Below, piece after piece: positions 18,115 through 26,340 of a stretch of DNA of 58,554 nucleotides. The notes beneath the pieces were generated by a model. It was not told the DNA's origin and did no database searches. It saw only the letters and a list, made by a program, of their open reading frames with translations. Position 1 is the first letter of the stretch; each line of letters opens with the position of its first letter. The stretch lies in the sequence record PV596763.1, one strand, 5' to 3'. Source of the stretch: Pseudomonas phage E21. Position numbers and translations under genes: made by a program.

Positions 18115-18748
18115 TTTCTACCCCTTTAATTTTAACTAGCTCTTGTTTGTACTCGGAGCCGAGCACATAATTTTTATTTTCTTCCTTTGGATAAGGCAAC
18201 ACCGGATATCGAAGCAACTTTTTATATTTCTTCACGACCGAACGGCTCCCCGTAAAATAAACGTAACGATGCTTAGATGTTCTAACTTGTCGGTAAGTCT
18301 TGCTTTCCTTCCCTTGATAATGCCGAGAGTGTTTACCTTGTCCCGTGTATTTATCGGTGCGCGCTTTCGTCGCCCCCGTGTAGATGAAATTAGACGCTTG
18401 ATAAATATATCCGTTGTGGTTCATACCGCGATCCGCATACGACACAATGACAAGGTTTTCACTTTTCAACTCAGCCATAGCGAACGCGATCAATCGGGAC
18501 GGCGCATTACGGATCGGACGAGTAAAACAAAGACGGTTTAGCTCAAAAACTTTGCTTTTGTACTCCTCGCCCAATATTCCAACGCATAGCGGATTACTCG
18601 CCGGCTTGCCGATAGTTAGAACTCCGACAAGCTCCTCGTCTTCGAAGAAACCGAAAGCGTAAGAGATGCTAGGGCGCCGTTTCGCATAATGGTAGTTTAA
18701 GATTATGTCTAAACAATCTTTAGGATCGATACGCCTCATAGAATACAT
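18098..18748 (-). CDS. hypothetical protein; candidate acyltransferase-like nucleic-acid-modifying enzyme (very tentative)
   Basis: 216 aa. Conserved-looking block LVIVSYADRGMNHNGYIYQASNFIYTG. The family was not recognised with confidence. Confidence 0.45.
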   Translation of the reverse strand: MYSMRRIDPKDCLDIILNYHYAKRRPSISYAFGFFEDEELVGVLTIGKPASNPLCVGILGEEYKSKVFELNRLCFTRPIRNAPSRLIAFAMAELKSENLVIVSYADRGMNHNGYIYQASNFIYTGATKARTDKYTGQGKHSRHYQGKESKTYRQVRTSKHRYVYFTGSRSVVKKYKKLLRYPVLPYPKEENKNYVLGSEYKQELVKIKGVENEAGK

Positions 18749-18751
18749 ATT

Positions 18752-19492
18752 TTAACCCTCCCACGTCCAAGGTTCTGAGGCGTCACGAACAATAATTTCG
18801 GCCGGACGGTTTGCGCGTATCGCAACGTCTTTACCATCAACGAAGTAGACCGCGAAAAAATACCCGAACACGTCGCCATCTTTCACGTGGATTTCTCGCC
18901 CGTCGTCTTCGCAGTAGAACACTGTAAGCCCGTCTACTGATGCTTCGTTGTTCACTTCGAAACCAAGGCTTGACAGGCCGTCTAACAGTGGGCGCATTGT
19001 GTCGAAACTTTCAGGAAGTGACGCCAAGACCAAGGCGTCTAAATCGCTAACCGCGTTACGTTTAAGCGTCACACACCCGCCGATCGTGAAAGTTATGTCC
19101 CAACCTTCGGCGTCTTCGCCACGGCTAAAAAATATGGCTTTTAATTCTTTCCCGTCGATTGTTTTCGCAAATGTTGTCGCTCCGTGAGATTTATCAAGGT
19201 CTAAAGAGAACCCTATCGCTTTCATTACGGCGATAGTTCGTGCGGATAAGTCCGCATCATTGGCCATATGACAGCTCGCTCCATGATCGAACGCGCTCAC
19301 CTCGACGCTCTCAAATAGGTAACGTGCTAGTGGAATGAATTTATCGAAATCCGCAATTAATGCTATCGCCCCCGATAATGTTTTAACATCGCCCACCTTG
19401 GCGCGAGGGCTAACTGTCAAAATATAATTACGAACACTTTCGGGCATATCAAAAGGGCTGTTATCGGTTACAACGTTAGAAATGAAAGTCAT
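18752..19492 (-). CDS. hypothetical protein
   Basis: 246 aa. Preceded by promoter cassette copy B and GAGG. Confidence 0.5.
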   Translation of the reverse strand: MTFISNVVTDNSPFDMPESVRNYILTVSPRAKVGDVKTLSGAIALIADFDKFIPLARYLFESVEVSAFDHGASCHMANDADLSARTIAVMKAIGFSLDLDKSHGATTFAKTIDGKELKAIFFSRGEDAEGWDITFTIGGCVTLKRNAVSDLDALVLASLPESFDTMRPLLDGLSSLGFEVNNEASVDGLTVFYCEDDGREIHVKDGDVFGYFFAVYFVDGKDVAIRANRPAEIIVRDASEPWTWEG

Positions 19493-19546
19493 GATTTAAA
19501 TCCTCAAAACTGGTTTAAGTTTCCGGTTCGTTCCGGCGATGTGAGT

Positions 19547-19575
19547 AATATAATACTACCGCTTTCAGGTGTCAA
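19547..19575 (-). promoter_or_regulatory. sigma70-like promoter, cassette copy B
   Basis: TTGACA (19570-19575), 17 nt, TATATT (19547-19552) on the minus strand. Confidence 0.6.
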
Positions 19576-19602
19576 CAAGTTTTTTATAAATATTTCAGGC
19601 AA

Positions 19603-19636
19603 TAAAAAACCTCTTACCGTGGCACCGAATAAGAGG
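19603..19636 (-). terminator. intrinsic terminator (minus strand)
   Basis: cctcttattcggtgccacggtaagagg hairpin (7+ bp stem) followed by UUUUUU on the minus transcript. Confidence 0.55.
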
Positions 19637-19722
19637 TTTTAGTTACTAACTTGTTTTCATGTTTTCAAATCAAGGCTATATTAACGGATATTTTTCAACT
19701 TGTAAACAATAAATTTCTCAGC

Positions 19723-19752
19723 GGAAAAGAAAAAAGCCCGCATATACGGGCT
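19723..19752 (-). terminator. intrinsic terminator (minus strand)
   Basis: agcccgtatatgcgggct hairpin followed by TTTTTTCTTTTCC on the minus strand. Confidence 0.6.
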
Positions 19753-19850
19753 TAAAATATAAGGCTTAATGACCTAAAATTACGCAAACTTTACGAAGTG
19801 TGGCACAAGCAACCCAAATCAACCAACGGAAGCGAACTTATCCACCGTTG
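19723..19850 (-). ncRNA. candidate small RNA (promoter-to-terminator unit, about 125 nt)
   Basis: Minus-strand TTGACA (19880-19885), 17 nt, TATTGT (19857-19862), then no ORF, ending at the strong terminator at 19723-19752. Speculative. Confidence 0.2.
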
Positions 19851-20041
19851 AGCCGAACAATAACACCGTTACGTGGTGCTGTCAAGCGTCGCTGCACATA
19901 GCCCAATTGAACCGCGCCACGGTGAGTATATCCCACAGGATACACACTTTAATCTAAACAAAACTAGCCCGTTACTACTGCGAGCCTCAGATCTAAACGG
20001 CTTACCGCATGAACAATAATACCAGTTTTTCTTTTCCCTGA

Positions 20042-20407
20042 TCACCATACAGACCCCCTTACGTTCGTTAGCGTGTCCCTATAACTCCGGTATAAATTTT
20101 TTGCGCCTCGTATCCATTCGCCGGCGATCTCCCCCGAGAAAAGAACCGGCTCGTAAACCGGATAAGTGACATTAGGGCAATCCGTTCTTACGTCGTCGAT
20201 CCTAACGTATGCCCGCCGGTGTCCGTAAGAATATCGGACAGTTAGGACTCTAAGCAACTTGTTGTTAACATGGAACACCACGCCATAAGAGTAATTAAAT
20301 TCCGGTAATGATAAATCGTTGCTAGGCCTCCCGATAGCCACTACCGGTAGATTTAGAAACTCATTACAAACCTCATAAAATTTGAAACAATTTACTGAGT
20401 TACCCAT
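20042..20407 (-). CDS. hypothetical protein
   Basis: Start revised to the ATG at 20407 (MGNSVNCFKFYEV...), overlapping the upstream stop (ATGGGTAA). 121 aa. Confidence 0.45.
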   Translation of the reverse strand: MGNSVNCFKFYEVCNEFLNLPVVAIGRPSNDLSLPEFNYSYGVVFHVNNKLLRVLTVRYSYGHRRAYVRIDDVRTDCPNVTYPVYEPVLFSGEIAGEWIRGAKNLYRSYRDTLTNVRGSVW

Positions 20408-20969
20408 GGCATACAACCCCGCGCAGTTCCAGACCTCGGAAATTATAATAAATTTCAGACTCTCCGGCTTCGTTCGGCGCCCACATGCACACAGAAAAGT
20501 CGCCAGCATCGAACTCTCTTAGGTGTGGAATGTGACCGAAACGGCATCCGCCAGTGATTACCAGTTCGTCGATTGTTCCGAATTCCTCGCAACCGTCTAC
20601 AACCTCTTGTAATGCTTCGGCCAGTTCTTCGAGGTAGGCTTCCACTTGTTCACGCCAAGACGCGCTTATTAATGCGTTAGCTTCCATCATCAAACAATTT
20701 AATGAACTTTCGCACCCGCTGAAATCTAAAGGAGATTCTAATTCCACTGAGTCGAACTCATTAGACTGGACGATCTCCCACGCTTCCCCGAAGTAGTCAA
20801 CGCCAATACACTCCGGCGCATTCATTAGGTTATTTTCTTCGAAAAGGTCGCGTAATTGATTTTCGAAATCTCCGCGGGTATCTAATGAAGTTTTTTTAGG
20901 TAGACCGGTGTTAACGTCGTCAACGATAGATTGGAAGATAGACGCTTTAGTGTATGCTAATTCAGCCAT
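20400..20969 (-). CDS. hypothetical acidic protein
   Basis: Start revised to the ATG at 20969 (MAELAYTK...) with GAGG 9 nt upstream. The track start is TTG. D/E-rich. Confidence 0.5.
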   Translation of the reverse strand: MAELAYTKASIFQSIVDDVNTGLPKKTSLDTRGDFENQLRDLFEENNLMNAPECIGVDYFGEAWEIVQSNEFDSVELESPLDFSGCESSLNCLMMEANALISASWREQVEAYLEELAEALQEVVDGCEEFGTIDELVITGGCRFGHIPHLREFDAGDFSVCMWAPNEAGESEIYYNFRGLELRGVVCHG

Positions 20970-21023
20970 GGTAATAATCCTCAATACTGGTTTAAGTTTC
21001 CGGTTCGTTCCGGCTATGTGTGT

Positions 21024-21052
21024 AATATAATACTACCGCTCTCAGGTGTCAA
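21024..21052 (-). promoter_or_regulatory. sigma70-like promoter, cassette copy C
   Basis: TTGACA (21047-21052), 17 nt, TATATT (21024-21029) on the minus strand. Confidence 0.6.
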
Positions 21053-21075
21053 CAAGTTTTTTATAAATATTTTAA

Positions 21076-21477
21076 TCAATCGGGGAAATAGGGAATTTTA
21101 CACTCACATAAGGTCAGATTTTCTATGTGGGTAAAAATTACCTCTAAGTGCAACGTCTTCCAGCACTGGCCGGAATTCAGGAAATGCCGGCGGATAATGA
21201 GCCAGCCCCGATCATCTTCGACAATGCCAGATATGCGTAGGCTTACAATAGTTTTGTTGTCTGAGTAGACCGGTTTACTCTCCGGATCAGCTCGGAAGTA
21301 AAACGCATTAGCTAGATTTAAAATAGTCTGTATGTCGTGCGTAGATAGTTGTAACTCTTTTTCGTGCGGACTCAAGAACGAAGAAAGCCGGGATCTCGCC
21401 CGGCGTGAATTGGTATCTTTAGGAACTGATGAAAAGTATGTCACACCGTCCACCCCATCAACTGTATAATCGCTCAA
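21076..21477 (-). CDS. hypothetical protein
   Basis: 133 aa ORF. Confidence 0.45.
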   Translation of the reverse strand: MSDYTVDGVDGVTYFSSVPKDTNSRRARSRLSSFLSPHEKELQLSTHDIQTILNLANAFYFRADPESKPVYSDNKTIVSLRISGIVEDDRGWLIIRRHFLNSGQCWKTLHLEVIFTHIENLTLCECKIPYFPD

Positions 21478-21649
21478 AACTTTTCACCTCTCGATGTGTA
21501 ACCGTTCGATTATATGAAATGTTACGAGTTAACATAAAGCGCATATCCCACGCTGGACAGAATAGCGAACCGTCTGCGTTGACCGTAACTTTTTCGTCGT
21601 CAGCGATTAAAATCATACCGCTGTTTAATGTGATTTTATTCTTCATCAT
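21458..21649 (-). CDS. hypothetical small protein
   Basis: Likely starts at ATGATG (21649), overlapping the upstream stop. 63 aa. Confidence 0.35.
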   Translation of the reverse strand: MMKNKITLNSGMILIADDEKVTVNADGSLFCPAWDMRFMLTRNISYNRTVTHREVKSFERLYS

Positions 21650-21878
21650 TACCGCCCCCACGTATCGCAGATATAAACGCCTCCCCGCTCTCCTGATCAG
21701 GCCACGCAATCCCGCCGACCACCCCAAACGCTACCCCATAAAGACAGAAACGCGCGACGGTTAGATCACCATATACGGCCAAAGTTCCCACCGCCCCCGC
21801 GAACCCTACCGCACAAAGAGACGCGACGACAAAACCAAACGCCCCGCGAGCCTCTAAATTATTTAATTTCTTAGCCAT
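21636..21878 (-). CDS. small membrane protein
   Basis: 80 aa, with two hydrophobic G/A-rich helices. Confidence 0.4.
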   Translation of the reverse strand: MAKKLNNLEARGAFGFVVASLCAVGFAGAVGTLAVYGDLTVARFCLYGVAFGVVGGIAWPDQESGEAFISAIRGGGNDEE

Positions 21879-21889
21879 CGATAAACTCC

Positions 21890-22216
21890 TTACGGGTGAA
21901 TAATAATATTATCGTTGCGAGTTCGAACCGGCTCCGATAAATACATATTAGCCACCTTACCGCTTTTTATATCCTTTTTAATCTCGGACACCATCAAGCC
22001 CGACCGGATAATTACAGAAGACGGGCTACTCACTCTTTCTTCTGATATCGCAACAGGGAAAGGGAAATCATTCAATAAGTTATCGATGAACTTTTCCAGA
22101 TAATCCGCGTCGGCTTTATGGGAGAGAACGACATATTGCTCATAGTTCGCCTCGATCCCTGTGACAGTCAGACGATGCGCAGAACGGAAAAGATCGAAAG
22201 GAATTTGTTTGCTCAT
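21890..22216 (-). CDS. hypothetical protein (first gene of leftward early cluster)
   Basis: Start revised to the ATG at 22216 (MSKQIPFDLF...) with GAGG 8 nt upstream. Confidence 0.45.
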   Translation of the reverse strand: MSKQIPFDLFRSAHRLTVTGIEANYEQYVVLSHKADADYLEKFIDNLLNDFPFPVAISEERVSSPSSVIIRSGLMVSEIKKDIKSGKVANMYLSEPVRTRNDNIIIHP

Positions 22217-22248
22217 TACTAAAACCTCAGTTTGTTTGTGTGCTGAGA

Positions 22249-22277
22249 ATACTAGCAACACCTCGGGCCGGTGTCAA
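22249..22277 (-). promoter_or_regulatory. sigma70-like leftward early promoter
   Basis: TTGACA (22272-22277), 17 nt, TAGTAT (22249-22254) on the minus strand. Same AACTTGTTGACACC context as cassette copies A-C. Confidence 0.5.
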
Positions 22278-22365
22278 CAAGTTTTTATCTATAAAAATTC
22301 TGACGGAACAAAGGAAACGCGCCCACCGGTGCGCCCGTACATACATATAAGTCGGCCAGTTTGTA

Positions 22366-22412
22366 CTTATCTACAAAAATTTCGGGCTTACTTCAAAAAC
22401 CTCGCGGGCCGA
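22366..22412. repeat. composite direct repeat unit 1 (TTATCTACAAAAATT ... CTTACTTCAAAAACCTCGCGGGCCGA)
   Basis: Second full unit at 22512-22558. An extra copy of the 26-bp part at 22450-22475. A variant TTATCTATAAAAATT at 22293. Confidence 0.6.
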
Positions 22413-22449
22413 TGATTTTCTGTGACGATTTAAAAACTTTTCCGGACGG

Positions 22450-22475
22450 CTTACTTCAAAAACCTCGCGGGCTGA
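22450..22475. repeat. 26-bp repeat copy (CTTACTTCAAAAACCTCGCGGGCTGA)
   Basis: Read directly. Spacing 63 bp from copy 1 and 83 bp to copy 3. Confidence 0.6.
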
Positions 22476-22511
22476 AAAAATTCTCGTGAGAAATAAAAAC
22501 CGGCTAACGGA

Positions 22512-22558
22512 TTTATCTACAAAAATTAGAACCTTACTTCAAAAACCTCGCCGGCTGA
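22512..22558. repeat. composite direct repeat unit 2
   Basis: TTATCTACAAAAATTAGAACCTTACTTCAAAAACCTCGCCGGCTGA. Confidence 0.6.
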
Positions 22559-22615
22559 CGGAAATCCTCCGGTAATATCGATTAAAACTTTACGGCAAAA
22601 AACACATAAAAACGT

Positions 22616-22644
22616 TTGACACCGCAAACAGGTTAGATTAATAT
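22616..22644 (+). promoter_or_regulatory. sigma70-like rightward early promoter
   Basis: TTGACA (22616-22621), 17 nt, TAATAT (22639-22644). AAGGGG RBS before the ATG at 22686. Confidence 0.6.
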
Positions 22645-22685
22645 TTTCGGACATTGAAGATGATTAGTCACAACAAGGGGAAAAC

Positions 22686-23117
22686 ATGATCGAGTCAGAA
22701 GATATTATTTTCGTAAACGGCGACAAACCTAAAATCGATAACTCGCCAGCGCTAGAAAGTCGCAACACGGTTAGTGTAGAACTAGAACGAGAGTTAACCG
22801 CAGCGTCTTCGATTCCGGACAAACTTACAGTAGTACCAACAAAAGGGAGACCAACCAGCATGGTAGGTATGATCGTATCGTTAGATGTCGGAGACGTGTT
22901 CACTAAATCCGAGTTTATTCTTGAAGTTTCAGATCTCGACGCCATGAGCGAGAGCGTAGACCTGACTACACGAAAAGAAAAACTCAGACAAAGCGTAAAA
23001 GCGTCTATGACACACGCTAAAAAGAAAACTAAGGGCGAATATACTCTAGAAACGCACCACTTTATTACGCCGTTGGGTCGCCTTTACATTCAAGTTTTAG
23101 TGACCCGTATTTCCTGA
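22686..23117 (+). CDS. hypothetical protein (first rightward early gene)
   Basis: 143 aa ORF. Promoter and RBS lie upstream. Confidence 0.5.
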   Translation: MIESEDIIFVNGDKPKIDNSPALESRNTVSVELERELTAASSIPDKLTVVPTKGRPTSMVGMIVSLDVGDVFTKSEFILEVSDLDAMSESVDLTTRKEKLRQSVKASMTHAKKKTKGEYTLETHHFITPLGRLYIQVLVTRIS

Positions 23118-23153
23118 GCAATTTTTTGTAGGTTTCACGTTTTTTAAAAAGGC

Positions 23154-23510
23154 GTGACACCCTATGGCAAACAACCACCCTATCGGAGAGAAAAACCAAT
23201 GGAACGCAACGACAATTTAGAGCACACCACCCCCGTAGACCCGGATAAACAAATCGTCAAGTTGTTAGAGGGGAACCCGGAGCTTTTAAAGCACTTTTAT
23301 AAACTTTCCGCAATGGCGGATAAAGTGGGAGAGATGGAACGCTCTTTCGAAGAACGCGTTGACGCCGTATTTAAAGTAGGTATCCGCCTAGTCATGATCG
23401 CGAGCAACCGGAAAAACCTTATCGTAACCGATGACGATGTGGCAAAGGCGGAGAACTCAACACTGGAAGTTAGCGAAAATAACGGCAATGTTAAATATAT
23501 GATCAAGTAG
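23154..23510 (+). CDS. hypothetical protein
   Basis: 118 aa ORF. Confidence 0.45.
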   Translation: MTPYGKQPPYRREKPMERNDNLEHTTPVDPDKQIVKLLEGNPELLKHFYKLSAMADKVGEMERSFEERVDAVFKVGIRLVMIASNRKNLIVTDDDVAKAENSTLEVSENNGNVKYMIK

Positions 23511-23515
23511 GTAGT

Positions 23516-23836
23516 ATGAAAAATTCAAACGTAGCACTCGCCATTGATTCCGTTTTGGTAAAAAAGAAAATTGATATTATCCCGGTTTTTAAATCGTTAG
23601 AGGAAGTCTATCAAATGCGGATACAAGCGTCGTGGTCAGGCATCACCGCGCACACGCCAGAACGACGCATCTATACCCACGGCCACCCGACTACCAAGAT
23701 GGCAACAACACCGGAACAACGTACAACGTATCGCCTACGGCTATTGAAATTCCTCAGATGGCTATACGCGAACAACTACACAACGGGGCCACTGTTAGAA
23801 ATCAAATCGTGGCTAGAGGAGCAAGAGGAATGGTAA
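23516..23836 (+). CDS. hypothetical protein
   Basis: 106 aa ORF. Confidence 0.45.
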   Translation: MKNSNVALAIDSVLVKKKIDIIPVFKSLEEVYQMRIQASWSGITAHTPERRIYTHGHPTTKMATTPEQRTTYRLRLLKFLRWLYANNYTTGPLLEIKSWLEEQEEW

Positions 23837-24177
23837 AGGTCTTATACAACAGCGAACAAGCGCAAGTAAACCAGTTGCGAGACCAGATTAAATCGCACAC
23901 TGAGGAGTTTGAAATCGCGATGGCCGAAGTCGACCAGATCATTAAAGAAAATATCGAGACATACCTAAACGATATATCCGGGTTAATGATGTCGATAGTT
24001 AGAGTCTATGACAATGCTGAGATTGAGGACAAAGCGACAGCCTTAGATCTTGTTCACTCTAAAGCGGTAACTCGTTTAGCAGCCATTGAAGATAAGAGCA
24101 TTGAGCTACGCGCCCATATTGAACACTTAGTATCCACCATTAAAAACGGAGTGATTAAAAACAATGAAACCATTTGA
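23829..24177 (+). CDS. hypothetical coiled-coil protein
   Basis: Start revised to the ATG at 23829 (MVKVLYNSEQ...), preceded by GAGGAgcaaGAGGA and overlapping the upstream TAA. The track's 23632 start would overlap the upstream gene by 200 nt. Confidence 0.45.
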
Positions 24178-25252
24178 TAAATTTATTGCGTTTGCGATAT
24201 CAGAACCGGCAGACCCCAATAATACGACCTCGTTTTCCGCATTAGCGAACGGGTCAGAAGACCAACTAAAACAACTAGGCCGAGAACTAGAAACAAGCCT
24301 AAGAAACCTACCGATCGGAGACCCAAGCGCTATGCAGTGGACGCGCCACGGTTTTGCTAAACCCGACGAGAACGCCGAACCGATCACCGTTGTAGATGAA
24401 GTCCTAGGGGACATGGAAGACACGCCATACGTTATGATAGATGAAGCTGGTAAATATCTTGTGTTCACTTTCGAAGAACGTGCTCGAATGCTAAGCCCGA
24501 CAACGATCAAGGACGAATTAGAGGTTAAAGTAAAAGATTGGGTAGAACGAGTTGGCGACACCCCGACAAAACGTGAACGTAATGATATGCGCGATGAAAT
24601 CATCAATGACTTGTTGCCAAAGGCCACAATAAAGCGCACCAAGACATACGCCATGATCATTAAGGGCGCTCTTATTGTATTTGCCGGAAGCAATAACATC
24701 GGCGAAAAAGTAGCATCGGCGGTAAGAAAGGTAGTAGGGTCTCTCCCCATTGTCCCTTGGTTTGAGCATTCGGCCCTCATTACGGAGTTTTTAAAGAAAA
24801 TCGCTACGGTAGACTTTGATCCGGAAGATGCAGTAGGCCAAGCGCTAGATAAATTTGAGATTGTCCGTAGTGCTAAAGTATCCGCTGAAACCGGCGCGTA
24901 CACTTTCAAAGATGTTTTTGACATCACGAATGACGTTTCATTCAAAGAAGCGTTAGGACAAACTAACGGATACTCATACCCTCTTGGGATCACCGAAGCG
25001 AATTTAGAATTACGACATGACGCCACAGACAGCCCTATCGGTTTTGTTCTTACGGCCAAAGGCGTTTTAAAGAGCGTAAATTGGAACGATGAGCCAGAAA
25101 ATATTTTCGACGACTCAGTGTTTGACACGAACGAGGAACGGGAGCGTGCTCGATTTATTTTCTCTACATGGGACGCTTACACCTTAGTTACGGCCGTGCT
25201 AGGAGCGCTACACAACGCAAACGCAAACCGATTTGTAGAAGACGATATGTAA
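24164..25252 (+). CDS. RdgC-like recombination-associated protein
   Basis: 362 aa. Block RNDMRDEIINDLLPKATIK...VFAGSNNIGEKVASAVRKVVGSLPIVPW parallels E. coli RdgC KDSLKDEVLHSLLPRAF...[27 protein letters not shown] (recalled from memory). Confidence 0.6.
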   Translation: MKPFDKFIAFAISEPADPNNTTSFSALANGSEDQLKQLGRELETSLRNLPIGDPSAMQWTRHGFAKPDENAEPITVVDEVLGDMEDTPYVMIDEAGKYLVFTFEERARMLSPTTIKDELEVKVKDWVERVGDTPTKRERNDMRDEIINDLLPKATIKRTKTYAMIIKGALIVFAGSNNIGEKVASAVRKVVGSLPIVPWFEHSALITEFLKKIATVDFDPEDAVGQALDKFEIVRSAKVSAETGAYTFKDVFDITNDVSFKEALGQTNGYSYPLGITEANLELRHDATDSPIGFVLTAKGVLKSVNWNDEPENIFDDSVFDTNEERERARFIFSTWDAYTLVTAVLGALHNANANRFVEDDM

Positions 25253-25254
25253 TT

Positions 25255-25455
25255 ATGAATACAGAACGTAAAAAACTGGCGTCTAACCTGACAAGACTAA
25301 AAGTCGGAGAGTCTTTCTTCGTAGAATGTCTGCCGAAAGACCTAGCCCACGTTCGACGCCTAGCTTATAAGCTGAATATTAAGTTATCCATGGTTCGTGT
25401 CGATGTCGACCCGATCTACGGAACATTGGGGACGAGGATATCTCGCGTCAAGTAA
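25255..25455 (+). CDS. hypothetical small protein
   Basis: ATG at 25255 right after the upstream TAA. 66 aa, basic. Confidence 0.35.
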   Translation: MNTERKKLASNLTRLKVGESFFVECLPKDLAHVRRLAYKLNIKLSMVRVDVDPIYGTLGTRISRVK

Positions 25456-25473
25456 AAACGCATTGACACCTTG

Positions 25474-25498
25474 CGGGGGATTAGTTACGATTCCCCCG
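25474..25498 (+). promoter_or_regulatory. intergenic hairpin (cggggga-11 nt-tcccccg) of unknown role
   Basis: 7-bp G/C stem between TTGACA (25463-68) and TATTAT (25499-504). The 30-nt spacing argues against a simple promoter. Followed by an A/U-rich stretch, not a clean U-run. Confidence 0.3.
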
Positions 25499-25521
25499 TA
25501 TTATAAACGTAAGAGGCTTAC

Positions 25522-26340
25522 ATGATTAAACTTATGCACTATGCGGATTACGACTACCGCGACCCAAGTAAACATGAACACAGAATTTTCCCGGTTCCGG
25601 CCGGAATTAGAGTCGGGGTGATCATTAAACGCGTTAAGTCCATTGCGAATCCAACAAAGATTGAGGTGTGGCAATACGACGAAAAAGGTAACGCGATTAC
25701 TGACCTTACCGGCTTCGCACCACACATTGAGGAAATATGTTTAAAAGCGTACCTATGGCTTACAGAACATACGTTATCTCTCTCCGGGATCTCGGATACT
25801 GAGTCCGATGCGTATGACTCCGGGATCGTAATCGATGGGTATTTCCAAGATATCCGACCCAACTACGGAACGGCCGACGAGACATTAGACCAGTTGGAAG
25901 AATGGTTATTAGATGAATTCGAGACGACGGACGAAACTAAAACCATATTTCAATATCTGGCCGTTACGACCTACGAGTCAGCGCTTCGCGGTAAAGACGG
26001 TAAAGACATTCATCTACGCCGTTCTAACCTACGCCATGCGTTGTGCGCATCGAACAATGCTGACCACACCCGAGCAAATATCTCTGTCTCGGATAACGTG
26101 CCACGTTTTACCGTGTGGCCAATGTCTATGTCACCTCGTTCTTGGGATATGAGCAAGCCCGGCCCGAACGCTTGGGACTCCATGGCGGGTGTCGCAGCGC
26201 CTAGAGGTCAACAATTCGAAGACCAGTTAAATACATGCTTTGAGCGCGGTTTTATCGGCGGGCTAGATATGCGAGCGTTTCACGGCTGGAATACAAGAGT
26301 CACCGCGTATCAGTTCATCACTGAGGACGCAACGTTATGA
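25522..26340 (+). CDS. hypothetical protein (gene 1 of 5-gene coupled operon ending in Dam MTase)
   Basis: 272 aa. AAGAGG RBS. Stop overlaps the next start (ATGA). Confidence 0.5.
   Translation: MIKLMHYADYDYRDPSKHEHRIFPVPAGIRVGVIIKRVKSIANPTKIEVWQYDEKGNAITDLTGFAPHIEEICLKAYLWLTEHTLSLSGISDTESDAYDSGIVIDGYFQDIRPNYGTADETLDQLEEWLLDEFETTDETKTIFQYLAVTTYESALRGKDGKDIHLRRSNLRHALCASNNADHTRANISVSDNVPRFTVWPMSMSPRSWDMSKPGPNAWDSMAGVAAPRGQQFEDQLNTCFERGFIGGLDMRAFHGWNTRVTAYQFITEDATL

Noticed and set aside
22387-22558. Possible CRISPR array (three 26-bp direct repeats)
   Set aside because: Only three copies, irregular 63/83-bp spacing, A/T-rich non-palindromic repeat, and a location between divergent promoters. 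Fits operator/iteron-like sites, not CRISPR.
24127-25128. 333-aa minus-strand ORF antisense to the RdgC-like gene
   Set aside because: Ser/Thr-rich low-complexity translation, fully embedded antisense to a well-supported gene, no RBS noted. Typical shadow ORF.
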